From Hydrolagus colliei (taxonomy: Eukaryota), in NCBI GenBank assembly GCA_035084275.1, contig CM068763.1:9734001-9798000 (forward strand): 64,000 bases of DNA. The letters are read 5' to 3'. The notes beneath the pieces were generated by a model. The model was not told where the DNA came from, did no database searches, and worked only from the letters and a program-made list of their open reading frames with translations. Both the position numbers and the translations under genes were made by a program. This document shows, one piece after another, positions 25,030-36,844 of this stretch. The first letter of the stretch is position 1, and each line of letters starts with the position of its first letter.

Positions 25030-25767
25030 CACGATAAAATAATTTCAGAATACATCATGGACAAAACAGATAGAAGCATCCGAGGAGGAAATGGCTGGAA
25101 GAAGAGTACAGAGAATGATTGCCCAGGTTTGGTGGGAAATCATTGTACAATTAGTGGACATTTGGGCATGACAGGAACAAGCTCAGCTATGATTTACTCC
25201 AGTCAAACAACCTGCCAGCACTCACAGTTCAGCACCACACATGAAGTATGACTGTGAATGCAGTTAATATAGACCTTAATCTAATATGGGTTTTAATGAA
25301 TGTTCTTATATGCTTGATGAGGGGATGGAGATTAAGAACTAATTAAAGTTAAGGCAGAACTTTGTGCTTTAATTAAATTGAATCCCTTTCTTCCAGCACA
25401 GATTTTGATGAAAACATTCATTACGACCATTAGTAGATAGGTGCTGACATGACTATTGAGCTGTGGAAGTTGAGCTTGTTATTAGAATGCTGACTTTTAT
25501 CAGACATTTAATGCCAGCTCTCTCGCCGATAGATGGGATTTACAAGACTTAATTCTCGGTCTTGATTGTAAATTATGGGTAATTTGCAAGCAGTCACTTG
25601 GTATTGCTCTAGTTTCCAAGATCAGGGGTTTAATTTGACACTCTGCCTCATCCTCGAAAGCCCCACAAATGCTTCAAATTGATCACTCGTCTCCTGAAAG
25701 TAATCATGCGGTTCTCAGACATCTAGTTGCCCTGACACTGCACTCTTTTCCTCTCTCTCTGCTCCCA

Positions 25768-25992
25768 CAGTGTGGAACTCCATCCCGCAATCCCTTCGCC
25801 TCACCTCCTCCTTTTCCTCCTTCAAGACCGGTCTCAAGACCTTCCTCGTTGACTGTACCTTCTGCTCCCCTCCTACCTCTTTCCCCTCTCCTACTCTCCG
25901 TCCCCCTACTCCGACCCGACCTAATTGTTCAGCGCCTTGGGACGTCCTCCCGACGTGAAAGGCGCTCTCTAAATGTAATTCTATTGTTGTTG
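25768..25992 (+). mobile_element. L2-clade LINE 3' fragment
   Basis: WNSIPQSLRLTSSFSSFKTGLKTFL plus the intact tail CAGCGCCTTGGGACGTCCTCCCGACGTGAAAGGCGCT. Confidence 0.85.
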
Positions 25993-26629
25993 ATTCTCCC
26001 GTTCTCTCCCGCTTTCACACTCCATCGACTGTGCGCCCCATTTAAATAAACCGCTGGGCCTGAAGACATCCCTGTTTGACCAAAACCCATCTCCCCCAGG
26101 CTTGGGTATTGCGCTCCGTCACTGTCAAGAGCTCTGGGGCGCTATACAAAGGCAAGTTGTGGCTGCAAATATTCTGACAGCATCAATAATGGACACCGAT
26201 TGTGATGTCTCATACCGCGTTCCAAACTACTGCTGTCCAAGAACACAAAGGCCAAGATCTGAATGGTGTGGGTTGTTTTTTTCAATCTCATTTCAAATTC
26301 CAAACACCTCCACAAGTCTCCTTCCCTCTGAGATACCTCCTGTCAAGACTTGTCTAATCATTGCACATAGCACATTCCTCTAACCCCGCGGCCAAGGTGA
26401 TTTGAGTGGGAAACCGAGGAAACATCAATGGTAAACAGGACTGCAGTACTGTACTGTACATGACTGGAAGATGAGAGGAAGCAAATATGGGATTAGCTAT
26501 GCGGAGGCAAATTATCACTGGATGAAGGTGAGTACCGATAAAATTTATTGGCAGCGTAAATCAAATCAAATTGACTTCAGTCTTTTATCTAAACGTGGAA
26601 ACTGACATTGTGTGAATAAAATATGAGCT

Positions 26630-27030
26630 TGGTCCTCATCTACAAAGCCCTCCATGGCTTTGCCCCACCCTACCTCTGCGACCCCCTAACCCCCCACTAC
26701 CAACCTATCTGTTCCCTCCGCTCAGTGGGCTCCGGCCTGCTCCATGTCGCCTAAACCACCTGCTCGGTGGGCGAGCCTTCAGGCGTTCTACTCTAACCTT
26801 TGGAATTCCATCTCAAAATCAATCCCTATCGCCCCCCCCCCCCCCCCCCCCCCCTCCCCCCTCCATGGCCTCCTTCAAGTCCCTCCTCAAGACCGTCCTC
26901 TTCGACCATGCCATCGGTCATCCTCCTTCCCCTCGCTTCCCTTCATTCTCCTTGATCCTGAAGCACTATCCAGCACCTCAGAGGTCCTCCCAACGTGAAA
27001 TGCACTTTACACTTGTAATTTTGTTGTTTA
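26630..27030 (+). mobile_element. L2-clade LINE 3' fragment
   Basis: YKALHGFAPPYL...LRS...LWNSI...ASFKSLLKTVLF and tail. Confidence 0.82.
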
Positions 27031-27681
27031 AAATCTTGTTCCACTTTTTTAAACCTCAAATGGGGTAAAGTTAAACTCTTAACAAGGTGAGGGATGTCAC
27101 CTAGAGGTAGGGGGACCGGCAATTTTGTGCACAGTGGATGTTAACACTAACACATATAACTTACACAACGAAGGCCTGGCAAGAAGAGAGAGATTTGTGT
27201 GATAATTTGTCAAGTTTGTTTTTTGATGGAACAATCACATTGAATGCCAGTGATGGCTTGGTGAAATGTGCGCTTGCTTAGAGCTGCCTAGGAAAGTGAT
27301 ATGGGTACTCTTGAGTAACATTAATAAGACCACAGTTAAAATCTAAGATCCAGTTTCAGTAATTGACCTTACAAAAAGACGGAGAGTGATTGGAAAAAAT
27401 CCCAAAGCCAACAAGAGTGGCTTTGGGTTTTACTTCAATGAGCCTGAGGGAAATTAAATCAATTTTCAGTAAGAAAAATAAACCCTGACATGGAACATGA
27501 TGAGGCATATTCATAGTTTCCAGAAGGAATCCCCCATTTGCAAATCTCCCAAGTTTCTCCCAGTGTCCTGTCCTGTCAAACAATCCCCCACATAAAATAT
27601 TGGTCAGTCGCCTCAGGGCTACTTGAGTACAGTATTACTGTTTATATCTAGTGTTGAGAGCATTCACCCACTACCAATCAT

Positions 27682-28192
27682 CATAACAATCCTTGCATTT
27701 GACATGGCACCTTATCAAATAAGAAGTCTCGAAGTGCTTCATGGGATATAATGTAAAGTGGAGTGACTGTGTTTTGTGGGTATGACCCAACAGTTAGTTT
27801 GCGCATGGCAGCGTGCCAAAAACAGCCACGGCGTGATTGACTTGTTTTATTCTGAGGGGTTTTATTGGCCAGGACAAACGACAGACACCGAGAACTCCCT
27901 TCTCTTGTTGAATAGTCCAACGGGATCTTTAATGTCCACCTGAACAGGCAGGCGGGACAACAACAACAAAACTTCGATTTATGTCGCGCCCTCCACGCCG
28001 GACGGCATCTCAGAACACTTGGCCAACGTGTCACCTAAGGAACGTCACATCACCTCCAACAATGCCACACACCTCCTGCCCTGCATTGGAGGGTCAATTT
28101 AGATTATGTGATCCCTAGTTCCATTGTGGGCCTTGAACCCACTAACCTTCTCAAGCAGAGGTGAGAATGCCATCACTGCACCGGGGCTGTCA
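27682..28192 (-). mobile_element. Older DeuSINE (SacSINE1/AmnSINE-like) with full Deu domain, interrupted by a short LINE tail (27959-28020)
   Basis: GGGATCTTTAATGTCCACCTGA..., CACCTCCAACAATGC..., AGATTATGTG..., CTTGAACCCACTAACCTTCT...AGAGGTGAGAATGC resemble the reverse-complemented DeuSINE consensus as recalled. Confidence 0.7.
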
Positions 28193-28528
28193 CAACTAAA
28201 TCCCCAAAACAGAAGCCAATCTCAACTGCTTTGTATAGAGCGTGCGTGACACTGCCTTCAAAGGCTGACAATGCGAGTTGTGGAAGGTTCAAAGAAGACT
28301 TTGAAGAATACCTTTAGATCCTGGGACAAGGATCTCTAAATTGGGGGGAAGGGATCACAGAGATGAATGTGTCTTCCTTGGCAAAGACATGGGGGAGTCA
28401 AGTAGCACAGAGAGGTATAAATGATGTAGATTGTAAATAAGTCACTTAGGTTACAGTGAGAGAGATACTACTTAACACACTGTAGTATCTACTTTGAAAG
28501 TAGATACTAGTGTATTATGATTGATAAA

Positions 28529-29305
28529 TAATAATCCTTGCATTTGAATTAGTTATTTTCACATGTTATCGATATCTCAAAGCTCTTCACAGAATATACT
28601 GTAAAGTGAATTGACTGTGTATTTGTGGGCAAAACGCCGCACAGCAGCGTCCCCCACAAAGTCGTGGATTGAAAATGACCAATTTTTATTATTGTGTTTT
28701 TTTTCGGATGCATTATTATTCGGCTTGAGTGTGGAGTAAGGAAACTTGCCCAAGGTTTCGTCCTGCCCTGACCTATGTGGATTTGAACACAGGTCGCATG
28801 CTTGTAAGGCGAATGGTCTAACCACTGAGCTACAGGAATGGTGTGCGCAATTGCTATGCGCAATTTGCTGCCACGTTTCACCCACAAAATACAGTCAATC
28901 CACTTTACAATGTACCCCATGCAGCTCTTTGAGACATCTACAGAGACAAAGGCACTGTATCAAATGCAGGAATTATGCTTTAAAATTATTATTAATAGCT
29001 CAGTGGCTAGTTCTGTAGCTCCGTGGTTAAATAACTCACCTCGCAAGCGAGAGACCTGGGTTCGTTTCCAGGCAGTAGCAAAACCTTGGGCAAGTTTCCT
29101 TACTCCACATGCCTAATAATAATAATCACTCAAAAAAATAATAATTTGGATACTCAATCCACGACTGTTTGTGGGATGCCGCTGTGCGTAAGTGGTTGCC
29201 GCATTTTGCCCGCAAAATGTACATCACAGTATATTCCGTAGAGCGCTTTGAGATGTCTAGAAGACATGAAAAGTGCCTTATCCAAGGATTATTAATATTA
29301 TTATT
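28529..29305. mobile_element. Inverted SINE cluster: minus 28529-28837, plus fragment 28843-28992, plus 29012-29305
   Basis: Family matches in opposite orientations, ending about 340 bp upstream of the TMEM244-like ATG. Confidence 0.85.
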
Positions 29306-29640
29306 TGAAAAATGTAATAAAGAGAGAGGTGGAGGATATTGGTGAAAACATCTGTGAGTGAAGCTAGCAAAGGAAAACAGAATAATAATTTACAGTTGAG
29401 AAATATTGGGGGATGGTGTGAGAGTGGGAGAGAGAATTGGGTCCCTGCCTTATTTTTATATCCCTGTTATGTGTTCTGATCTGTGGTGGGCGCTGTTTCT
29501 CTCCTTTATGCCCTCTAGTCAGAGAGAAACAGAGAGAGAGAGAGAGAATCAGTACTGGGAGCTGGAGGGTGAAATAAAAGCCATTGGAAAATGAGGAACC
29601 CTGGAATTCAATCCAATCTTCTAATCTAGGTGACATTTAT

Positions 29641-29673
29641 ATGGCCTTTAAGCACAGAATCGCTGGCACTAAG
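29641..29673 (+). CDS. TMEM244-like coding exon 1
   Basis: ATG GCC TTT AAG CAC AGA ATC GCT GGC ACT AAG|GTACTG = MAFKHRIAGTK; 33 nt, phase 0, the size I recall for human TMEM244 exon 1 (MALQVRVAPSK). Confidence 0.75.
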
Positions 29674-30611
29674 GTACTGTATAATTGGGTGGGTGTATGT
29701 GTATTTTTTTAGGTGAAAACGTTTCCCCTGTTTGTGAAAAAAACCCTAAATAAACAAATCCTGGAACATGGAGAATGGATTCTGCAGCAAAGTCCTTGTT
29801 AATCCCCTCTTAGAAAAGCGGATGTGAATTTATCTATATCTATATATATATATATATGTGTGTGTGTATGTGTGTGTCTCTTATTTCTCCTCTTCAAATT
29901 GTACAGTAATATCCTGTTTTGAAAGTTAGACTGTAATGGTACATTTGAATAGCTCTGTATGTGTGTGGGTGTGTGTATATGTGCATGTGAAAAAATACAA
30001 TCAAGTCATTTCTGCAAAAGAATATTATATTTGATATATCTATCTATATATCTATATATCTGTCGGTACACATTTTAAAGGGTTATATCAGCAACTGAGA
30101 TTGCAGCAAATTACAGTGTGTCGGTGTGAAATTGACATGTAATAGACGTGACATGAAGTTGAGTGCTCACCAGTGAGTGTCTTGTAAGAGCTGCTGCCTT
30201 CATTCCCTTTAAATAGCTTCCAGATATTGCAATCACCGAGATAGATTTAAGTCTTTCATCGAGTGTGTTGCCTCCGCATTACTATTCAGAGATATCGAGA
30301 AGAAGCCTCGACATCTTTTATATATACTGCAATACATATACACACACATACACAATACACACACAATACACACAATTTAATATAAAACAAAACAAGCTCG
30401 AAGTGGAAACAGAGCATTTTCAATCATTTGAATTATTTTTGCTAAATTATTCATCTTAATGTATAACTTCCCTCCCAACTCCTCCATGGGTTTTTCTTCC
30501 CCCAATGGACTATTTTCACCCACTGATCTAGGATACGTTTGTGGGTGTGTTTGTAAGGGATGGGGTAGGAGGTGGGGTTGGGGGGTGCGCGGGTGGAAAG
30601 ACAATATATCT

Positions 30612-30850
30612 GCCTAATCCCACCCCCCACCCCCCCACCCCCCCGACCCACCCTACCATCGGTGGACGGGCTTTCAGCCTCTCTACTCCCCACACTCTGG
30701 AACTCCATCTCACAGTCCCCTTCGCCTCGCTCCCTCCCTCCCTCGCCTCCTTCAAGGCCGGTCTCGGGACCCTCCTCTTCGACCGTGCCTTCTGCCGCCC
30801 TCCCAACTCTCTCCCTCCCATCTTACCTCTCTCCATCCCCTGCCCCCTGC
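30612..30850 (+). mobile_element. L2-clade LINE 3' fragment
   Basis: PTIGGRAFS...LWNSI...SLASFKAGLGTLLF. Confidence 0.8.
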
Positions 30851-31202
30851 CCCTGTCGATGGCAAGCTATACTGTTTTTTTAGCTGATAGATTCCCCAAC
30901 AGTTATGCCAATAATTAGTGTCCCCCAAGCCTTGGCTCTTGCTAACCTGCGCCTAATACTTTACGGAATTATATAAGCCTGATGTGTCCCTGCACAGAGA
31001 GACAGAGAGACAAAGAGAGAGTTCCATCTCACCATCTATCTCTGGGATTTCCCCATTCAGTGCGATGCATTGATTTCTCAGTTTGGTTTGGACATCCTTA
31101 AGCAATGGCGATGGGTTTCCACATGTGCCAAGACACCCAGCTGACCCAAACAAAAATGAATGCATGTATACATGAGGAGGAGGATGAGGAGGAGGAGGAA
31201 CT

Positions 31203-31504
31203 GTGTAGCTTAGTGGTAGAGCAATCACTTTGCAAGCGAGAGACCCGGGTTCAATTCCAGGCAGGGGGCAAAACAGTGGGCAAGTTTCCTTATGCCACCC
31301 ACCTAATCACAATACCTTTTTCAAAAAATTGGTCATTCAATCCATGACTGTTTGTGGGGACGCTGCTGTGCGCAATTGGCTGCCGCGTTTCACCCACAAA
31401 TATACAGTCAATTCACTTTACAATATATTCTGTAGAGTGCTTTGAGATGTCTACAAGATGCGAAAAGCGCTAAATCAAATGCAAGGATTGCATTATTATT
31501 ATTA
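31203..31504 (+). mobile_element. SINE (same family)
   Basis: Head-to-tail match. Confidence 0.85.
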
Positions 31505-32544
31505 AACTGATGTTCTATCCAATTTCCTTCCCCATTTCTCTCCCACCCCCACCACTCTTTGCTTCCCCTCCCACTTTGCTTTCTTCCACCCCCCCCCCTC
31601 CCTCCCCTCCATTCCCCCCCCCCCCCCATCCACTGTCCAAGGGCCAAAATGGTGTTGATAATAATGTGGGTTCCTGTTGAGTACTGCTCTGAGTTCCTTG
31701 AATATGCAACGTCTGGATTGGTTGAGGTGGCTGCTAACACACAGTTACCTTAAATTAGGGATAGCAGACAGTGAGTGTTCATCTGTTGATCGTGAAATGT
31801 TGCAGCACAGAGACAGAAATATTGGCCCATCAAGCCGGAGTTGCTGGATTTTTTTCCTCCACTTTTGAGCGACCCGAGATCTCGCCAATTGATGGCACAA
31901 CACTGCAAATTAACCTTGCGACATATAATGCCACAGCACAAAACATGTAGCTTGTTCATTCATTTCTCTGATCCATTTACCCGACGGGGCCTTCAGTAAT
32001 TACAGTGTTGTTGCGTGAGATTAGGAAAGAAAATGTAAGTTTGCCTCCCGCTTCAAGATTTTGTTTATTTGAAATGTCCATTTTATTTTTCTGAAATGCT
32101 GGTTTTCAAATGTGGCAATTTCATCCCATAATTGTCAGGCACGATGTTTTCCTCTCTCTCCAAAAGTGTTTCCTTTTAGGATTATCTTAGAAATGACAAG
32201 AGTTTCTGGCGCCATATTCACTTAGTGAGATTCTGCACTTTCTCGCTTCACATCAAAGGGTGTAACAAGACGAGGAACATAGATGCAGAACATTTCAGCA
32301 ACTATCTGCCTTTGCCAGTCGCTACACAAAATATCAAGTTGAAGATTGATCCTTTAATCCACATCTCACAGATTAAATTCTCCCCGTCTAATAATTTCGT
32401 CCTGAGGATAGATAAATGCATGATCATGTTACATCATGGGCTGGGAATTAAACCTGGCCTCTTCCGAGTCTGTTTCATATTACGCAATGGACATGCAAGC
32501 TAAGCTGTGTGTGCAGTGAGGAGCTGTAGCTATTATTTATGAAC

Positions 32545-32662
32545 AAATAATAATAATAATAATACTTCCATTTGATATAGTGCTTTTCACGTCTTCTAGA
32601 CGTCTCAAAGCGCTTCACAGAATATTCTGTAAAGCGAATTTAACTGTATATTTGTGGGCGAA
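32545..32662 (-). mobile_element. SINE 3' fragment
   Basis: Tail hairpin and (TAA)n. Confidence 0.8.
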
Positions 32663-32754
32663 AGAAGGGAGAGGACTGCAAAGCTGTAACCATCAGATAT
32701 ATAATCATGCTTATAATCTTTCACACAACACATTATTCTTCTGAAAGCCTAGTG

Positions 32755-33028
32755 CAGTGGTTTCCAACCTCGGGTCCCGACCCAAACCAGGGTCGCGGGG
32801 GTCCTCAGTAGGGTCACAAAGGGTCATCAGAAAAAATATGTAATGCTGAAAAGTGCCCGAGGCGACACCGCCAAACAATTTGTATGAAACACTTACGGGT
32901 TTCGCTGAGTCCACAAAAGAGATGGAGATGTTGTCTTGGCTGAGTTTCGCTTCAGTCGCGATGTCGCCCCCCAAGGGTCGGGAGGACCTGTTGGCCAAGT
33001 AGATACACGTTAGGTTTGGTGGAACCCT
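32755..33028. mobile_element. Probable non-autonomous hAT (Charlie/URR1-like) DNA transposon remnant
   Basis: Begins CAGTGGTTTCCAACCT-CGGGTCCCGACCC...GGGTCGCG, typical of a hAT TIR with GGGTC(G) subterminal repeats; right end degenerate (AGGTTTGGTGGAACCCT). Confidence 0.55.
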
Positions 33029-33749
33029 AAGCCATACAGAGCAGCAGTTTGAGGTTTAAATACGAGAGGAACAGCTGATAGTATTCTTATAGTACAATAA
33101 TAACAATTTACTTTTAACAACAATAATAATAATTATTTTTATTATTGCCCTTGGGATCTTGAACCCCCAAGTCTAGATTGGTTCACTGCAGTCTCGTAGC
33201 AGATCTGAAACCAAGGATCAGGCCAACCCATGTTTAAATTAATATTCTATCATAGTTGAAAAGGAGAGTTTTTCCTGTTGTTGCCTCAAGACTCTCCTCT
33301 TCGATGGACCCATTGGCAACTCCTAATCCCTTCTTCCTTACAGACAGCTTGGGTCTGAAGCAATGACTGTCTAGTGCCTTGGGATGTCCTCCTGACGTGA
33401 AAGGCGCTATACAAGTGTAATTTTATTATTGTTAAAGGTCAATTATTTGCTTGCTTTAACGGCCATTTGTTGCTTTATGTGCGTGTATATATGCTGAATG
33501 TATATATATATATATAAATATATATATCGCTATATAAAAAACGTCTGCCCCGTTTTCCCACAAGCGCACAGTCACTACACTTGAGAGCAATTAGCCGCGA
33601 AGCCCTTTGAGAGGCTTCAGCGTCTCACCATTCTGTGCTGCAATGCAGTGAGACTCGGGTATGTAGGGCTCCTGTCACGATGTCATATTTGATATAGCCA
33701 GTTTCACCCGATTGAAATCAAATGTGTTCTCGGATTTTGTATTTTACAG

Positions 33750-33835
33750 ACAGTGATCTTGAACCTGTTGCTATGTCTGCTGATTTTCTACACCCTTTAC
33801 TACATGATTGGGAGTGTCTGCTTTGGTGCTTTCAG
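33750..33835 (+). CDS. TMEM244-like coding exon 2 (first TM helix)
   Basis: Acceptor ttttacag|; TVILNLLLCLLIFYTLYYMIGSVCFGAF; donor AG|GTAAGA; 86 nt. Confidence 0.9.
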
Positions 33836-34025
33836 GTAAGATATACATAATGTAGAGACACTCTTGTTGATTTCATGTAGGGGAATTAATGAGAGAATTC
33901 AAACACATTCATTGGAATCATATTCCATTCAATTTCATCTTTTGTTAAATAGAAAAACGCACCTTGTTTTAGGTCCTAAAAAAAAATCAATGTTCTCTGA
34001 CTCATTCCTCTGACTCATCCCTTGT

Positions 34026-34333
34026 GGAGCTCAGTGGTTAGAGCACTCGCTTTACAAGCGTGAGACCTGTGTTCGAATCCAGGCAGATCAGGGCGGAACC
34101 TTGGGCAAGTTTCCCTTACTCCACACAAAAAAAACCCCACTAGAATAAAAAATTGTCATTCTCAATCCAATGTTTGTGGGGACACTGCTGTGCTCAATTG
34201 GCTGCCGTGTTTCGCTTTCCCACAAATATACAGTCAATTCACTTTACAGTATATTCTGTGTGAAGCGCTTTGAGGCAATAAGATGTGAAAACCACTAGAT
34301 TCAAATGCAAGGATTATTATTATTATTATTATT
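34026..34333 (+). mobile_element. SINE (same family)
   Basis: Head-to-tail match. Confidence 0.87.
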
Positions 34334-34354
34334 GACCAAGAGGATGAGGAAGTC

Positions 34355-34500
34355 AGTCTCGGCAGACATCCCAGTGCAGTGATGGGTGAGTGCTGTATTG
34401 TTGGAGGCGCATTCCTTCAGTTGAGACATTAAACCTCAGCCTTACTGATTGGCGTTAAAGATCCCTGGATGTTATTGGTAAAAGAGCGAGGTGGGGGAAG
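34355..34500 (+). mobile_element. Old Deu-domain SINE fragment
   Basis: GACATCCCAGTGCAGT...GAGTGCTGTATTGTTGGAGG...GAGACATTAAACC...GTTAAAGATCCC...AAGAGC resembles the Deu domain as recalled. Confidence 0.65.
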
Positions 34501-34758
34501 GCGAGATTGAGGTTGAGTGCTGTGGTGGGAGGTCTCTATTGTTGCCTGGACAACAATCCCATGTTTAAATGAATAAATAATACAACTAATGATTACGTTT
34601 GACAGCTATTATCTGTGACATACCTCTGACTTGGGCAGGATTCTTATCATCACCCACTTATCATCTATTTTCCACCTCTCCATTTCCATTTGACAACCTT
34701 TCTGTTTGATATCTTCTGTAACCTTTTTTTGTTTTGTCATTCCCTTTCCATCTCGCAG

Positions 34759-34832
34759 ACTTGAATCATTTGATGGGTTAATTCCGTTTGACTTTAAAAC
34801 ACAAGCCATAAAGTCCAGTTCTAAATACCTAG
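34759..34832 (+). CDS. TMEM244-like coding exon 3
   Basis: Acceptor tctcgcag|A; (R)LESFDGLIPFDFKTQAIKSSSKYL with the family PFDFKT motif; donor G|GTAAGC; 74 nt. Confidence 0.92.
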
Positions 34833-35444
34833 GTAAGCAGCGCATCCATTAATCAAGTTGAAGTCAGTGGAAAAAAGGCGATTCGTAAAGCATTTTTACA
34901 CCGTTCAACTGTCATGATTTGAAACTCACTGGAAGAATAATTTTGTCTTATTCTGTTAATATATATTATATATATGTGTGTATGTATTAAGACTAGTTAA
35001 CATTCCTATTACCCTTTCTACAAAAAAAAATCTGTCTGGCTTTCCTTTCCTTCCCTTTGCTTCCTTTTAACTTTTTTCCCCCTGGCTTTTAACACTCTTT
35101 AGCGATTTGACTGAGTTAAACTTTTATCAATTGATTGTCATGTTTGTGAGTTGACGCCAGCGCTGTGATGAGGGGCTCTGTGTGGAGCCAATTCACTGTA
35201 CGCCTTCCTTGGGTGCATTACATTGGCAGTCCAACCGGGAGACACTCTATACATAAAGGCTGTTGCTTTGGGAAATCAAATCGTTGCAACTAATTTAATT
35301 TGGAGGAAAAAACACACAAACACACACAAGTGTGTACTGTGGGATGCATTGAAGGAACTCCTTAATTGTTTTATTCTGTGTGCATTTTTGCGATTGCAAA
35401 TTTGGGACGAGGGCAATTTACACCATCTATTTTGATCACACCAG

Positions 35445-35570
35445 TGAACCTCCTGTCTATGGAGTTGACCTACTTTGCGAGCGGTATGGCGTTTGTTCCA
35501 GTGGTTAAGAACTGGGTGTGGGATTATGCAATCACCGTTACACTTATCCACATCCTCCTGAGCTCGGCAG
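35445..35570 (+). CDS. TMEM244-like coding exon 4
   Basis: Acceptor caccag|TG; VNLLSMELTYFASGMAFVPVVKNWVWDYAITVTLIHILLSSA (WVWDYA motif); donor G|GTGAGT; 126 nt. Confidence 0.93.
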
Positions 35571-35591
35571 GTGAGTGCACAAACATAGGAG

Positions 35592-35840
35592 NNNNNNNNN
35601 NNNNNNNNNNNNNNNNNNNNNNNNNNNNNNNNNNNNNNNNNNNNNNNNNNNNNNNNNNNNNNNNNNNNNNNNNNNNNNNNNNNNNNNNNNNNNNNNNNNN
35701 NNNNNNNNNNNNNNNNNNNNNNNNNNNNNNNNNNNNNNNNNNNNNNNNNNNNNNNNNNNNNNNNNNNNNNNNNNNNNNNNNNNNNNNNNNNNNNNNNNNN
35801 NNNNNNNNNNNNNNNNNNNNNNNNNNNNNNNNNNNNNNNN
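35592..35840. other. Assembly gap (249 N) in TMEM244-like intron 4
   Basis: Run of N. The flanking exons join in phase, so no coding exon needs to lie in the gap. Confidence 0.99.
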
Positions 35841-35980
35841 AGGTCTCCAGGAAGGAGAAGGGGTTGTTGAGGCCAGGACTTGGGGAGTCATTTAAGAATT
35901 TAAGCGTAATAGGAGGATGGTAGAGTGGGTGATTCTGAATTGAAATGGCCAATCTCACTCGAATCTCTCTATTTTGATAT

Positions 35981-36143
35981 TGAGAGTGTGTGAGAGTGAG
36001 TGAGTGAGAGAGTGTGAGAGTGAGTGATGAGTGTGCGATGAGTGTGAGTGAGTGTGCGATGAGTGTGAGTGAGTGTGAGAGCAAGTGAGTGAGAGTGCGT
36101 GATGAGTGAGAGAGCGTGTGAGAGAGTACGAGAGTGAGTGAGA
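35981..36143 (+). repeat. (GAGT/GT/GA)n compound microsatellite
   Basis: Visible directly. Confidence 0.9.
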
Positions 36144-36657
36144 GGAGGATCAGAGAGCCGGAGAAACAAGAAACTCTGCAGCTAAAAAATAAGCAAGAAG
36201 TCCACAGTCTATTATTTATTTGTGTTGAAAATCACCCTACCAGCGCTGATGAAGTCATTAGCCTTTGCTGAGCATCAGTACATCAGAGGAGAGAGACACA
36301 CTCTATACCTGTCACAATACACGCTGTCTTGTCTCTCAGCACACTAGCTGGATTGAGAATTCCTATAAGATGCAGTGGTGGCTGCCAATTTCTGTTCAGG
36401 TTTGTGTTCAGGCGGCCAGGTAAAAATACACACAGCAGCACAGACACATCAACTGCTTCTGTGTGCCACTGTTTTCTTTGTTTTTCCCACAAAAATACGG
36501 TAAAATCACTTTACAGCAGATCCTGTGTCACGCGAGATATCTCAAAGACGCAATAAGGAGCTCGATCAAATGCAAGCTTATTACTATTATCACAAGCCTT
36601 CCATGATGAGAAATGGCCCTTTCTTTTGTTGATGGCAGTTTTGAATTTAATTTGCAG

Positions 36658-36702
36658 TGATGGCTGAATTCCCTCTTGTCTGGCAATGGTGGGTGGCACT
36701 GG
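36658..36702 (+). CDS. TMEM244-like coding exon 5
   Basis: Acceptor tttgcag|TG; VMAEFPLVWQWWVAL (cf. human VMLEFPLTSHWWAAL); donor G|GTAAGT; 45 nt. Confidence 0.9.
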
Positions 36703-36844
36703 GTAAGTCTGACCTCATTTTGCCCTGATGTTACCAAGCAGGAGTGGGTGGGGGGGGCACGATACAACGTTGACAGAGGCTCGGGAGAGTGCATCTGCAT
36801 TTTGTCATCAAGTGGGGTGGGGGGAGGGAGGGAATAGGGGAAGA

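Noticed and set aside
35366-36084. 106-186 aa ORFs spanning the gap
   Set aside because: Inflated by the N run; only 35445-35570 is a real exon.
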